From Candidatus Bathyarchaeota archaeon (GTDB taxonomy: Archaea > Thermoproteota > Bathyarchaeia > TCS64): a DNA stretch of 64,000 nt. Numbering within the stretch: the first letter of the stretch is position 1; each line of letters begins with the position of its first letter. Below, piece by piece: positions 20,109 to 29,911 of the stretch. The stretch spans positions 256,001-320,000 of the forward strand of contig CAVYLP010000004.1 in the NCBI GenBank assembly GCA_963769425.1, in the 5' to 3' direction. The notes beneath the pieces were generated by a model that made no database searches, was not told where the DNA came from, and saw nothing but the letters and a program-made list of their open reading frames with translations. The position numbers and the translations under genes are program-made.

Positions 20109-21275
20109 TTAAGCGCCTCCTACCCACTCGACGGCTGTGGAAACCGGCTCCGTGACCGCCCTCAGTGTCTTCTCCGCTATCCTCTTGACAATCCCCGTGG
20201 TTACCTCGTCGCCGGCCATGCCTGTGTGGAACCCGAGGACCTTCGGCCTCTCCGCCATGTCGTAGATGGCGCTACGCGTCTCGTTGAGGACGTTACCGCC
20301 CCCGCCGAGGCTTACGTTCCTGTCGATGACGCCGATTGCGTGGTACTTCTTCGCCAGCGCCCTGATGTCGTCGACGGGGAACGGGCGGTAGCATTTGAGC
20401 TTGACGAGGCCGACCTTCTTGCCCTCGGCGCGCAGGTCGTCGATGACGACGCGTGCAGTGGATGCGATTGTGCCCATGGCGATTATCACTGCCTCGGCGC
20501 CATCGCAGTTGTGCTCCTCGATGAGGCCGTTGCCGTAGTTTCTGCCGAATGTCTTTGCGAAGTCGGCGTGCACCGACTTGATTGTTTCAAGGCTGTTCCT
20601 GAACTTGGTGTCGTGTTCGAGCCAAGCCTTCTGGCTGCCGTATAGGCGTCCCTGTCTCTTCTTCCACTCTTGGACCGGGAGGTGTATGTCTGGTGCCCAT
20701 GGGGCCTTGAGCGGCGGTAGCCACTCGTCGACGGCGCTCTGGTCGGGAATTTCGACGGGTTCCGCTGTGTAGCTGAGTATGTAGCCGTCGATGCCGAAGA
20801 CAGCGGGCGTCGGGTTACTCGGCTCCTCCGCGATCTTGTAGCTCATGAGGGCCGTGTCTAGGGCCTCCTGGTTGTCCTCGCAGTAGAGCTGTATCCATCC
20901 GTTGTCTCTCTGCGCCATGAGGTCGGTGTGGTCGGGCTGCATGCTCTTGTTGCTCCTGTGGACTACGCCCATGACGACTGGGAGGTCCGCGCCCTCCATC
21001 ATCGGGTGGTGCATGAAGAAGAGGCCGGGACCGGAGGTGGCGGTGAATACGCGTGCGCCGGCGAAGCTCGCGCCCTGCACGGCGACCATCGCGCTCAGCT
21101 CCGACTCGACCTCGATGAACTTGGCCTTCATCTCGCCGTTTGCGATGAACTCTGCGAGGTACTGGACGATCGTCGTCTGCGGCGTGATTGGGTACGCGGA
21201 TATGACCTGGACGCGCGCCAGTTTGGCGCCGTAGGCGACCGCCTTGTTGCCTACCATAAGCTCAGTGTGTGGCAT
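20109..21275 (-). CDS. 2-oxoacid:ferredoxin oxidoreductase alpha subunit
   Basis: GNKAVA, YPITPQT, VESE and RPFP motifs. Confidence 0.92.
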   Translation of the reverse strand: MPHTELMVGNKAVAYGAKLARVQVISAYPITPQTTIVQYLAEFIANGEMKAKFIEVESELSAMVAVQGASFAGARVFTATSGPGLFFMHHPMMEGADLPVVMGVVHRSNKSMQPDHTDLMAQRDNGWIQLYCEDNQEALDTALMSYKIAEEPSNPTPAVFGIDGYILSYTAEPVEIPDQSAVDEWLPPLKAPWAPDIHLPVQEWKKRQGRLYGSQKAWLEHDTKFRNSLETIKSVHADFAKTFGRNYGNGLIEEHNCDGAEAVIIAMGTIASTARVVIDDLRAEGKKVGLVKLKCYRPFPVDDIRALAKKYHAIGVIDRNVSLGGGGNVLNETRSAIYDMAERPKVLGFHTGMAGDEVTTGIVKRIAEKTLRAVTEPVSTAVEWVGGA

Positions 21276-21278
21276 CTT

Positions 21279-22088
21279 TTAGCCCTCCTTCTTCTCGCTC
21301 TCCATCACCATGGTGATGGCCTTCGTTGGGCACTCCTCGGCGCACACGCCGCAGCCCTTGCAGTAGACGTAGTCGATTGTGCTCTTCTTCTCGACCATGT
21401 TTATGCTGTGCTCGGGGCAGTAGGTCCAGCATATCTGGCACCCCGTGCATTTAGCGGAGTCGACGACGGGGCGGAAGGTGCGCCAGTCGGCGCGGCTGTT
21501 CGCTGGTTGCTGTGCTACCTTCTTCAGCTCCTTGACGACCCTGTTCTTCCCCACGATGGTCGAGTTGTATGCCTGCTCTACGGCCTTGGCGTTCGTGTCA
21601 GCCATGCGGCCCGACATCTCGGTCTTCACGGCCTTGAGGAGAGACTCGAGTTTGATCTCGCCCGTCGCCCTGGCGAACGCGCCGAGTATGGCAGTGTTCG
21701 TGATGGGGCGGCCAATGGTCTCGAGCGCCACCTTCGTGGCGTCGACGGTTGCGACCTTGTACTCGGATGTGAACTCCATCTCCTCCGGCTTGGAGGAGCT
21801 GTTTATGATTATCATGCCGTTGGGCTTGAGCCCCTCGGTGATGTTTACCGTGTTCCTGAGGAGGGGGTCGAGGACGACGACGTAGTCGGGCTCGTGGACG
21901 AGGCTCCGGACCATCCTGCTCTTCTCGCCGATGCGGACGAAGGCGGTGACGGGTGCCCCGCGCCTCTCCGTCCCGTACATGGGGATGGACTGGCTATGAT
22001 GCCCCTCGAGGAACGCTGCTATGGCGAGGACCCTGGACGCGGTGACCGCGCCCTGTCCTCCCCTGCCGTGGAATCGGATCTCGATCAA
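21279..22088 (-). CDS. 2-oxoacid:ferredoxin oxidoreductase gamma-delta fusion
   Basis: HGRGGQG and ERRGAPV, then WRTFRP and two 4Fe-4S motifs. Confidence 0.9.
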
Positions 22089-22149
22089 AGGTATCTCACA
22101 GACAGTGTAGGGGCCGGTTAAGAGATTTTGCATTTACTGAAAAAGGGAA

Positions 22150-22165
22150 TTCCCCACGGTGGGAA
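22150..22165. promoter_or_regulatory. Imperfect palindrome between divergent promoters (putative operator)
   Basis: TTCCCCACGGTGGGAA. Confidence 0.35.
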
Positions 22166-22289
22166 CAGGGGCTATGTAATCACTGCGAAGGGGGGAGAGT
22201 TTGTTACAGCCCACAGGACCGTGAAGCAATTAATAGATGAACCGGGCGAAACTGTTTAAGCATCTCCGGTCGATTTTCACCTGATTCTT

Positions 22290-23562
22290 ATGTCTGTGAA
22301 GGCTATCGTCGGTGCTACGCTGATCGATGGGTCGGGTAAGAAGCCGCTACCCGACTCGGTCGTCGTGGTGAGGGAGGATAGGATCGAGGTTGTCGGGAAG
22401 CAGGGTGACGTCAAGGTCCCCGAAGGGGCAGAAGTTGTAGACGCCTCGGGCAAGTGGCTCCTCCCAGGGCTCATCGACCTACATGTCCATCTCTACGGCA
22501 GCGGCTTCGTGCCTGTGCCAACGAAAGGATCTGAGATGGCGTACGCCGGCCTCGTGGCGGGTAACAACCTCAGGCAGGCACTGCAGGCGGGTATAACGAC
22601 CCTTCGCGCTGTATCTGATAGAGACCACCTCGACATAGCGATGCGTGACGCCGTTGAGAGGCGCCAGATCATCGGTCCCCGCCTCTTCGTCGCCGGTGTG
22701 GGTATCTGTATGACAGGGGGTCACGGCTCCGGGCTACCGGGGGAGATGCATGAGGTGGACGGCCCCTGGGCGGTTAGGAAGGCGGTCCGCGAGGAGGTGA
22801 AGGCGGGTGTAGACTTCATCAAGTTGCTGAGCAGCCACCGGACGGATGACCGTGAGTTCACCGCCGAGGAGATTGAGGCAGGCGTAGATGAGGCACACGC
22901 GCATGGTAGGCGCTGTGCGATACACGTCGCTAACTTCGTTGGGACAAAGATGGCTACTGACGCCGGCGCCGATACAATCGAGCACGGGAGTTTCATCGAC
23001 AAGGAGACCGCGGAGAAGATGGCCTACAAGCGCATCGTACTCGTGCCTACGCTCTGGGTGAAGAACCACATCCCAGAGAGGACGACGAAGGCGAGGGCGG
23101 AGCAGTCGAGGACCGGCATTTGGAACCTCTCCGGCCGCGACCTAGAGCAGACCGAGAGCTGGTTCAATGGATGCGTCGAGCAGCTACCAAAAACGATGAA
23201 GCTGGCTAAATCGAAGAAGGTCCGAATAGGAACGGGGACAGACAATGTCTTCGGGGACCAGATGTTCGCTATGCTCCCCGAGGAGATAGAGTGGATGACG
23301 AAGTATGGCATTGAACAACATGGAGGCGATTGAGTCCGCGACCCGCGTCGGGGCGGAGGCGATAGGGGTGGAGAAGACCCTCGGCACAGTCGAGGTGGGG
23401 AAGCTAGCGGACATGATCATTGTCGCGGAGGACCCGCTGAAGGACATAACGACGCTTAAGAGGGTGGGCTGGGTGATGAAGGGTGGAGAGGTCGTTGGAC
23501 TACTACCCCGAGTGGAGACGAAGACCCATACAGGACCCACAGGAGATGCGCTAATTAGATAG
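22290..23562 (+). CDS. Metal-dependent amidohydrolase (frameshift near 23310)
   Basis: LPGLIDLHVH, IEHG and GTGTD; C-terminal ...GTVEVGKLADM...DPLKDI in another frame. Confidence 0.85.
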
Positions 23563-23569
23563 ATTTGAT

Positions 23570-24367
23570 TTAATTAAAGTATATCGAAGAAGTAATTCTG
23601 TTTTGAAATAGTTTGGTTTTAGCTTCCCTGTCAATTAGCTCCACTGCTTTTATTATTGTTTTTCGATATTGTAATAATAAACCTTCATTTAATTCGATTT
23701 TTTGATTTATATAATATTTTTTATCCTGAATTTTTTTAATAAATTGTGAATTTATTTTACCATTATTGTGAATTAAAATGTTTCTTATCTCTCTAATTTC
23801 TATTATTTTATCATTAATTTTTTCATAATTTTGTAATGATAAATTTAATACATTTTTAATATAACTAATCATATCATCATAAGTCATATGTCCAAGAGAG
23901 TCTATTTCTTTTAAAATTATTTTTTCAAATACTTCATCAATGTTTTTGTATTCAAATATTTCTTTATAGTTAAGATTTTTATTTGAATTTTTAAGGAACA
24001 GTTGATATTCATAATGATAGTTATAGACTAAATCCATTATATAAAAATCGTAAAGTGAAACCGAAAAAATTAATATTTGATTTCTTATGAAAGGCATTAA
24101 TTCGGATATATTATTTTTATAATTTATTTCAGTTTTTAAAAATGAGTTAAGTTCCGTTGTTGGAAAAGTTATTCCATGTGTCATGCCTAGAATTTTATTC
24201 ATTTTTTCTTCATCGGGATTTTTAATTAACTCGTTATATGTCCACTCACTTTTCTTTATTTCGTTAAATGTCAATATGCTTGCAAAAACCTCTATTTTGT
24301 CAAGTTTATACATGTTATTCATAAAGTTATCATATATTTCTGTATATCTTTTAATTCTTTTACCCAT
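23570..24367 (-). CDS. Very AT-rich protein with a HEPN RNase motif
   Basis: E...RNILIH (R-x4-H); helical; composition foreign to the flanks. Confidence 0.65.
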   Translation of the reverse strand: MGKRIKRYTEIYDNFMNNMYKLDKIEVFASILTFNEIKKSEWTYNELIKNPDEEKMNKILGMTHGITFPTTELNSFLKTEINYKNNISELMPFIRNQILIFSVSLYDFYIMDLVYNYHYEYQLFLKNSNKNLNYKEIFEYKNIDEVFEKIILKEIDSLGHMTYDDMISYIKNVLNLSLQNYEKINDKIIEIREIRNILIHNNGKINSQFIKKIQDKKYYINQKIELNEGLLLQYRKTIIKAVELIDREAKTKLFQNRITSSIYFN

Positions 24368-24617
24368 ATTTTATTGTTAATTTATGAAATATTTAAAATT
24401 ATTGCAAGAGTAATTTATTGTTATTTACCTCGTTTCTCAACTCGTCCCTGTCATTTTTAAGAGAGAATAAACACATATATAAAAATAGATGCATATATTA
24501 AAAGAATGGAATATAGTGATACAGAAGTAACCACAAACAAAGCCGCATACAAACACAGACGCACAGAAAAAAGAGAGAAGAACTTTTTCCGTTTATGAGA
24601 AGCTACGCTCAGAAAGA

Positions 24618-24810
24618 ACCCCCCGCCTCACAATGGATGCGCAGACTCGGATGGGGCGGCCACGGACGCGAAAACTGTGGAAAAAGCGCCATACTAGTAG
24701 CAGGGTATCCACGCTCAGCTACGGACGCGGAAAACGCAAATTTCCACAAAAATATGCGCTTCCACGGCGAACTTTTCCGCCTTATGGTGGGTTGCGCAAA
24801 CAAGGGGGGT
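24618..24810. other. Structured intergenic element (MITE-like or ncRNA)
   Basis: Nested inverted repeats ACCCCCC/GGGGGGT, TGCGCA/TGCGCA, TGTGGAAA/TTTCCACA; direct repeat ACGGACGCG x2. Confidence 0.4.
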
Positions 24811-24872
24811 GTCGTGGCCTCGTTATCACCAGCTACTGGTGATTAGGGTGGGCATAGGATGGCGGAAATGAG

Positions 24873-25109
24873 ATGAGACACGTGGCAGTCCCTCAATCAC
24901 ATACTCTAGCGCGCGCGCTCACCGCGAGGGAGGAGATGAGGTACCTAGCAGGCGAGCTGAAGAGCGCCGCCGAGAGGGCAGGTGTCCCGACGCCCAGCTT
25001 CGACAGGATAACCTCATGGCTCAACGAGTCGAAAGAACCGCTAATCGATGGGAGCATGGAAGTGGGGCTCGATTACCGTGCCCTCCTCCTTTTGTTGGTA
25101 TTCAGGTGA
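24873..25109 (+). pseudogene. Truncated C-terminal fragment resembling ketopantoate-reductase-like proteins
   Basis: EMRYLAGEL...AGVPTP motif; no N-terminal Rossmann part. Confidence 0.35.
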
Positions 25110-25139
25110 GCAGTCGGCGCACATCCGCAGCTCTATTAA

Positions 25140-25763
25140 TTGGGATGCGCCCCCTCTACTCGATCCGATTTGGCAGAGAAACCAGCTTACTACGACATCC
25201 GCGCAGAGCTCTGGAGGAGGAGCTGGGAACAGGCGAAGCCTCTGGGTGAGTTCCTCGTCGGCGCGCCGCAGGATCAAGCACAGCGTTGGGCCGAGTCAGC
25301 CGAGAGGGCGCCAGAGCTCACAGCGGACCAGAGAGCCCGCCTACAGGGGTACAACCGGACCGTGAGGGTGCTCATGGAGGGAGCCACGTGGTGTCTCGAC
25401 TGTGCCAGGATCACACCCTATCTGAGGGCGATCATGAATGCCATCGGGGAGATGGCGGAGCTGCGCCTCATCGATAGGGACGCCTCCCCCGAGTTGAGGG
25501 ACGAGCTCAAGATCATGGGCGCCCCTAGGGTGCCTCGTGTAGTCATCCTCAGCGAGGACTGGTTTGAGGTCGACCGACTGGGAGACCGGAGCCTCAGCGT
25601 CTACAGGAGCCGCATGGCTCGGGAGATCGGGAGGGGTGAGGACCACGGCGTCCTCAGCCCAGCCGCGAGGCAGGTAGAGCTCGCTGAGTGGGTCGACGCA
25701 CTCGAGCGTACACTAATTATACTCAGGACTGCACCTGCACTCAGGAAGCTTTACGGTGACTAA
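25140..25763 (+). CDS. Thioredoxin-family protein
   Basis: WCLDC active site; VP cis-Pro motif. Confidence 0.8.
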   Translation: MGCAPSTRSDLAEKPAYYDIRAELWRRSWEQAKPLGEFLVGAPQDQAQRWAESAERAPELTADQRARLQGYNRTVRVLMEGATWCLDCARITPYLRAIMNAIGEMAELRLIDRDASPELRDELKIMGAPRVPRVVILSEDWFEVDRLGDRSLSVYRSRMAREIGRGEDHGVLSPAARQVELAEWVDALERTLIILRTAPALRKLYGD

Positions 25764-25809
25764 CTGCCAGCGGGTATTATATCCATAAACGCAGCATCTT
25801 CTTCGTAAG

Positions 25810-25844
25810 ATTCTGCGAGGACATTGATAAAATTCATTGGATTC
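25810..25844 (+). repeat. attL: core direct repeat (25810-25821) plus inner inverted-repeat arm (25825-25844)
   Basis: ATTCTGCGAGGA then TGATAAAATTCATTGGATTC. Confidence 0.8.
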
Positions 25845-25887
25845 TTTTATAAACAGGGTCGCAGACACCCCTATTAGGTGCAGGGGA

Positions 25888-27093
25888 TTGGAGAAGGAGA
25901 GCAAGGCGAGCAGGGTTTGGCAACTCGAACTTTCGAGGCTGGCCCCAAACACGCGGGGAAGATATGTTCGATTGATGGACGCTTTTATGAGTCGTTTTGA
26001 TATTGCCACCCTTGAAGACCTTTACAAAATGCGAATAGAGGATTTGGAAGCCAAAGACTCACGCGATCAGGGACGAGTCGAGAGGCTTGTTAAAACCTAC
26101 ATGGACGAATTGGTTAAGCAGGGACAGAAGCCACAGACCGTAGCTCATGTTTTCAAAGCTGTTCAGCATTTCTTCAACTCTCAGGGTAGGAAAACAAAGC
26201 TGGAATTGGCTCCGAGGGATATTCCCAAGGGCGAATCTATTGGGCGAAGCCTGATCACGAAAGAGCAAATCAAACTCGTTTACGATAGTCCAGGTAGTGC
26301 GAAGCTGAGGAATCGCGCCCTGATGATGTTGTTAAAGGATACAGGGCTTCGAATCTCAGATGCACTCGCGTTTAATGTTGAGTCCTACACAACCGCGCAA
26401 ATAGTAGAAAATGAATCCAAAGAGCCATTCAAGATATTTGACCCCTCAGTCACGAAAAAATGCGGGGTTGTGGCTTACGTTGTCATTGGCCCAGAATCGG
26501 TTCAAGCTCTCGATTTGTACTTGAAGGAAAGGAGGGTGGGGGGGCTTTCGCAAAGTGATCCTTTGTTCGTAATCGAATATAACAATGCCTTTAGAGGATT
26601 TAGTAAAGGCGATAGACTGGGTGATGATGGAGGTAGCGAGGAATTCAGGAGGATAGCTAAAAACGCCAAAATCGGTAATAGGTTCGGCGCACACAGTTTC
26701 CGAAAATATTTCATAACCCAAATGCAAAGCGCTGGACTAAGCGAGCCCTGGATTAAGCGTCTTTGTGGTAAGAGCATTGGAGCGAGCGATAGCCCCTATT
26801 CAAAGCCACAAGACATGCCCGACCCCGAGGGAGTTTTCCCCAACCTGCTTGTCGCCTCCTATGTGAAGGCATACAAGGCCCTGCGAGTCTTTGGGGCAAC
26901 GGAGGAAGTGGAAGACCTTCGGGAGAGAGTAAAGGCGATTGAGTCTCTTGGCCCCGATTATTGGAAGGTCGTTATAGATGCTTCTAATGCTAAGGTTGAC
27001 AAACCAAAGGATAGTCCAAAGATCACCCTGACGATTGAGGAGCTTAACAGGCTCATAGATGAGAGACTAAAGGCAAGTAAACAAAATCGCTGA
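25888..27093 (+). CDS. Tyrosine recombinase/integrase
   Basis: DTGLRISD (R), AHSFRK (H-x2-R), LCGK, SPYSKP (Y); TTG start at 25888 after TATA-like TTTTATAAA and AGGTG RBS. Confidence 0.92.
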   Translation: MEKESKASRVWQLELSRLAPNTRGRYVRLMDAFMSRFDIATLEDLYKMRIEDLEAKDSRDQGRVERLVKTYMDELVKQGQKPQTVAHVFKAVQHFFNSQGRKTKLELAPRDIPKGESIGRSLITKEQIKLVYDSPGSAKLRNRALMMLLKDTGLRISDALAFNVESYTTAQIVENESKEPFKIFDPSVTKKCGVVAYVVIGPESVQALDLYLKERRVGGLSQSDPLFVIEYNNAFRGFSKGDRLGDDGGSEEFRRIAKNAKIGNRFGAHSFRKYFITQMQSAGLSEPWIKRLCGKSIGASDSPYSKPQDMPDPEGVFPNLLVASYVKAYKALRVFGATEEVEDLRERVKAIESLGPDYWKVVIDASNAKVDKPKDSPKITLTIEELNRLIDERLKASKQNR

Positions 27094-27477
27094 CTGCACC
27101 CCATTTTCCTTAACCCATCGTCTACCCATCTTTAGCTAATTCTGTACTCCTAAACATACACAATTCGGTATCTTTCATCTTTCGAGAACCACAGCGACAG
27201 GCCACGGCACACCTTTAATGAATGGTCTTCAACTATGGAAATCTGTGAGAGTATCAGCTAAATAGAGAGATTGTGTGTACTGTTAGGTCGGCACCATTCA
27301 TTGTATGCATAACTCTATATCGAAACCATACAACTGTAAGCTCGGCACCCCTTCACTCTATACAACTGTTACAATCACACATTTTAATCACACTCCAACA
27401 GCCTGTATTGACTACTGTTTATTGGGGTGAGTGAAGAATGACGGCATAAGAACAAGGCACTATTCTACTTGTGTATT

Positions 27478-27861
27478 CTACTCAGGCTGTGAGCGGTTAA
27501 CCTTTGTTTCCCAATCCTTAATCGGTAGAAAATTTTGATAGGCTTTACCACCTATTAAAACAAGTTCTCTTACTCTTGGAACATTGCCGACATAAGTGTC
27601 CCAAACTCCTACACTGTCTGGCGTATTGCTCCAAAACCAAGTTGTCTTGCATTTTTCGCAAAATAGCCCCTTTTCGTAATTGTGCTTTTTATTATAGGAC
27701 TTGTCAAGAGAATCATTTTGAAAAATTAAGCTCTCATCTGTAAAGACTTTGACATTTGGGTTTCCCTCACAATAGGGACAAGTGAGCAGGCGAGTTCCCT
27801 GTTTTCTTTCCTCTTCAGTCCCCTTTGGTATTGGTAGCATGTACTCCACTTTATCTATCAA
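27478..27861 (-). CDS. Zn-ribbon-like hypothetical protein
   Basis: CPYC...CEKC. Confidence 0.6.
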   Translation of the reverse strand: MIDKVEYMLPIPKGTEEERKQGTRLLTCPYCEGNPNVKVFTDESLIFQNDSLDKSYNKKHNYEKGLFCEKCKTTWFWSNTPDSVGVWDTYVGNVPRVRELVLIGGKAYQNFLPIKDWETKVNRSQPE

Positions 27862-27909
27862 TTACAAACACAAATATTTTAACATTCAACAAAGGTTAGT
27901 TCTGTAACG

Positions 27910-28179
27910 GTGTATAAAATGGCTGAAAAACTTCAAAATAGAAAGGACATTTTGAACATTCTCGTCGGGGCTTACATTGGCATTATAGCCTCATTGATCA
28001 CAAGCCTTTGGTTGTACTTTTTTCAAAAGATTTCACTAGACAAGCTTGATACTACTTCGACCGCTGGGCTGTTTATTGGAGTGTCGGTAGTTCTGGCGGC
28101 TTGTCTCATTTGGATGTTGAGATATGTCCAAAGACTGGTAAATGAAATAAACGAGCTTTCCAAGCATTCCCCCACTTGA
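27910..28179 (+). CDS. Small 2-TM protein
   Basis: Two hydrophobic helices. Confidence 0.55.
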   Translation: MYKMAEKLQNRKDILNILVGAYIGIIASLITSLWLYFFQKISLDKLDTTSTAGLFIGVSVVLAACLIWMLRYVQRLVNEINELSKHSPT

Positions 28180-28257
28180 AGCTTTGAATATATTAAACCC
28201 ATGTGTTTAATCCCAGCCCCTTGACATCTTTTGGGCTTGGGCTTCTTTCTGTAGGCT

Positions 28258-28795
28258 TTAGCTAGTTCTGTACTGCTCGAATTCTCGCCCTTCTTCCTTG
28301 TACTTGCTCCCCATGTCTGGGCTGACCTTCAATCCCTCTAAGAAGTAATCTATACCTCTACCCATTTTCCCACCTCTTCTTGTGTGCATATCGAGAGCAT
28401 AATCTGGTATCTCTGGCAACTTTACCCCAAACTCTCTGCCAAGCTCGACTGTTGGATATATTATTTTTAGAAGCTCGTCAACCTCCCTGCTCTTTCTTGA
28501 TCTTTGATAGAGCCAAAACTGCGTGAATTCGGAAAAGCCCCCTCTCTTTTGGCATGTTTTGATACTGCTTATTGAGAACATCAATTAGGACGCTCATCTG
28601 GTTATTAGCGACCCCAATATCCTCCGACGCCATCACAATGAGCCTGTTCCATAGCGCCGTTGGTTTGAATGATTCAAGTTCTACCGCCCAAAAAACCGCC
28701 TGCCTATCGTTGCCCCGCCTAATGTCCTTTTGTAGAGCTGACATCAATTCCCAAAAATCGTAGCCATTTTTAGTGATTGCTTTGCCTTCACTCAT
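28258..28795 (-). CDS. Stand-alone RarA/MgsA C-terminal-like protein (frameshift near 28500)
   Basis: SALQKDIRRG...LWNRLIVMASEDIG, then KSREVD...IPDYALDMHTRRG in a second frame; no Walker motifs. Confidence 0.7.
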
Positions 28796-28927
28796 GGAGT
28801 AAAAATCATCTCATCGGTTTTTAAGGCTGAAGCCCCCAAAATTCATTTGTTAAAAACTCTGCCCATTAGGGGGAAATTATCTTTAATGAGGTAAATTTAT
28901 TACAGTAAACTAATGATTTACTAAAAT

Positions 28928-29353
28928 ATGATATACGCCGAACCGTTCACAACAATTACGGGAATAATAGGGATCGGCTTATTGCCAATCGCATTTGTTA
29001 TATACTCCACTTTCAAGACGCCAATTAGTAATTATGTGGATAAGAGTTCAAAAAAATTATTCGAGTCTGATAAATTTAAGCAAATTGTCAACATCAAAAG
29101 CTTGGATCAATTTGACCTTGAGCTAATAAGAACATTTTATGATGATGTCGATAAAATATTTGATGTCAGGGGAGATTTCAGAAGAAGCGTTCTCTATTGC
29201 ATAATGTGCGGCGCACTTCTTACGCTCACATCATTGTTAAATTTAATAGATAATGCCTCGGTGGTTGTTATTCCTCTACTATTATATGGCATCTTCTTTT
29301 TTCTATTATTCCTCTACTATTTGTTTAGAGTGTTGCGTTATATCGCCTTTTAA
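28928..29353 (+). CDS. Hypothetical membrane protein (3 TM)
   Basis: Hydrophobic segments; AT-rich. Confidence 0.55.
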   Translation: MIYAEPFTTITGIIGIGLLPIAFVIYSTFKTPISNYVDKSSKKLFESDKFKQIVNIKSLDQFDLELIRTFYDDVDKIFDVRGDFRRSVLYCIMCGALLTLTSLLNLIDNASVVVIPLLLYGIFFFLLFLYYLFRVLRYIAF

Positions 29354-29408
29354 ATTTGGCACATCTTACTAAATCTTACTGACAACTGAATAAAAATCTT
29401 TATTAACT

Positions 29409-29687
29409 TTGTACTTATTTATTGTATGGAAAAAAATGAGTGATCCTTTTAAATCAATCAAAAAAATTTTTGTTGAAATAGCTGGTATTTGGGGAATTAT
29501 TGACCTTTTTAACTCACTTCAAACATTAGCTGATTTAAATAAATCTCTATCCTCTGGTCTAATTACTCAAAATGATTACAATAATCAAATAATTCTTCAA
29601 TTCGTGATTTATCCTGCTATTGTATCTATTTTGCTGGTCTCTGCGTGGAATTGGCTAAAGGAAACCCTACACACTAAAAAGAAATAA
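29409..29687 (+). CDS. Hypothetical small membrane protein
   Basis: Likely start MSDPFK; TM helices; GLITQNDYN SHOCT-like segment. Confidence 0.5.
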   Translation: MYLFIVWKKMSDPFKSIKKIFVEIAGIWGIIDLFNSLQTLADLNKSLSSGLITQNDYNNQIILQFVIYPAIVSILLVSAWNWLKETLHTKKK

Positions 29688-29762
29688 TGAAACTCCACTG
29701 ACCCTCAATCTATACCGGCCCTAGAGTGAGCACTTTCTGTTGTATAGAATGGGTGAATAGGA

Positions 29763-29911
29763 TTAAAAAATGGGAAATTTTGATAATATAATTAACTTTA
29801 TACTTTATACTTTATAGATCACTTTTTCTGAAAAGTTAAAAAAAGATGGAAAATTTGAACTTTATACTTTTTTTACTCAACTATAAAGTATAAACTATAA
29901 ACTATAAAGTT
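29763..29911. repeat. Iteron-like heptamer arrays, putative replication origin of the element
   Basis: ACTTTAT x3 (29795-29815) plus 29859-29865; four inverted copies ATAAA(G/C)T (29883-29910); AT-rich. Confidence 0.7.

Noticed and set aside
20928-22121. Long antisense ORFs (also 6996-7745, 10472-11161, 37455-38150, 47234-48013, 58715-59392, 63407-63952)
   Set aside because: Shadow frames of well-supported genes in GC-rich DNA
25764-25890. tRNA at the integrase-proximal junction
   Set aside because: No cloverleaf, T-loop GTTCRA or acceptor stem at either end of the element
27279-27370. CRISPR array
   Set aside because: Only two imperfect copies, no constant repeat-spacer series and no cas genes
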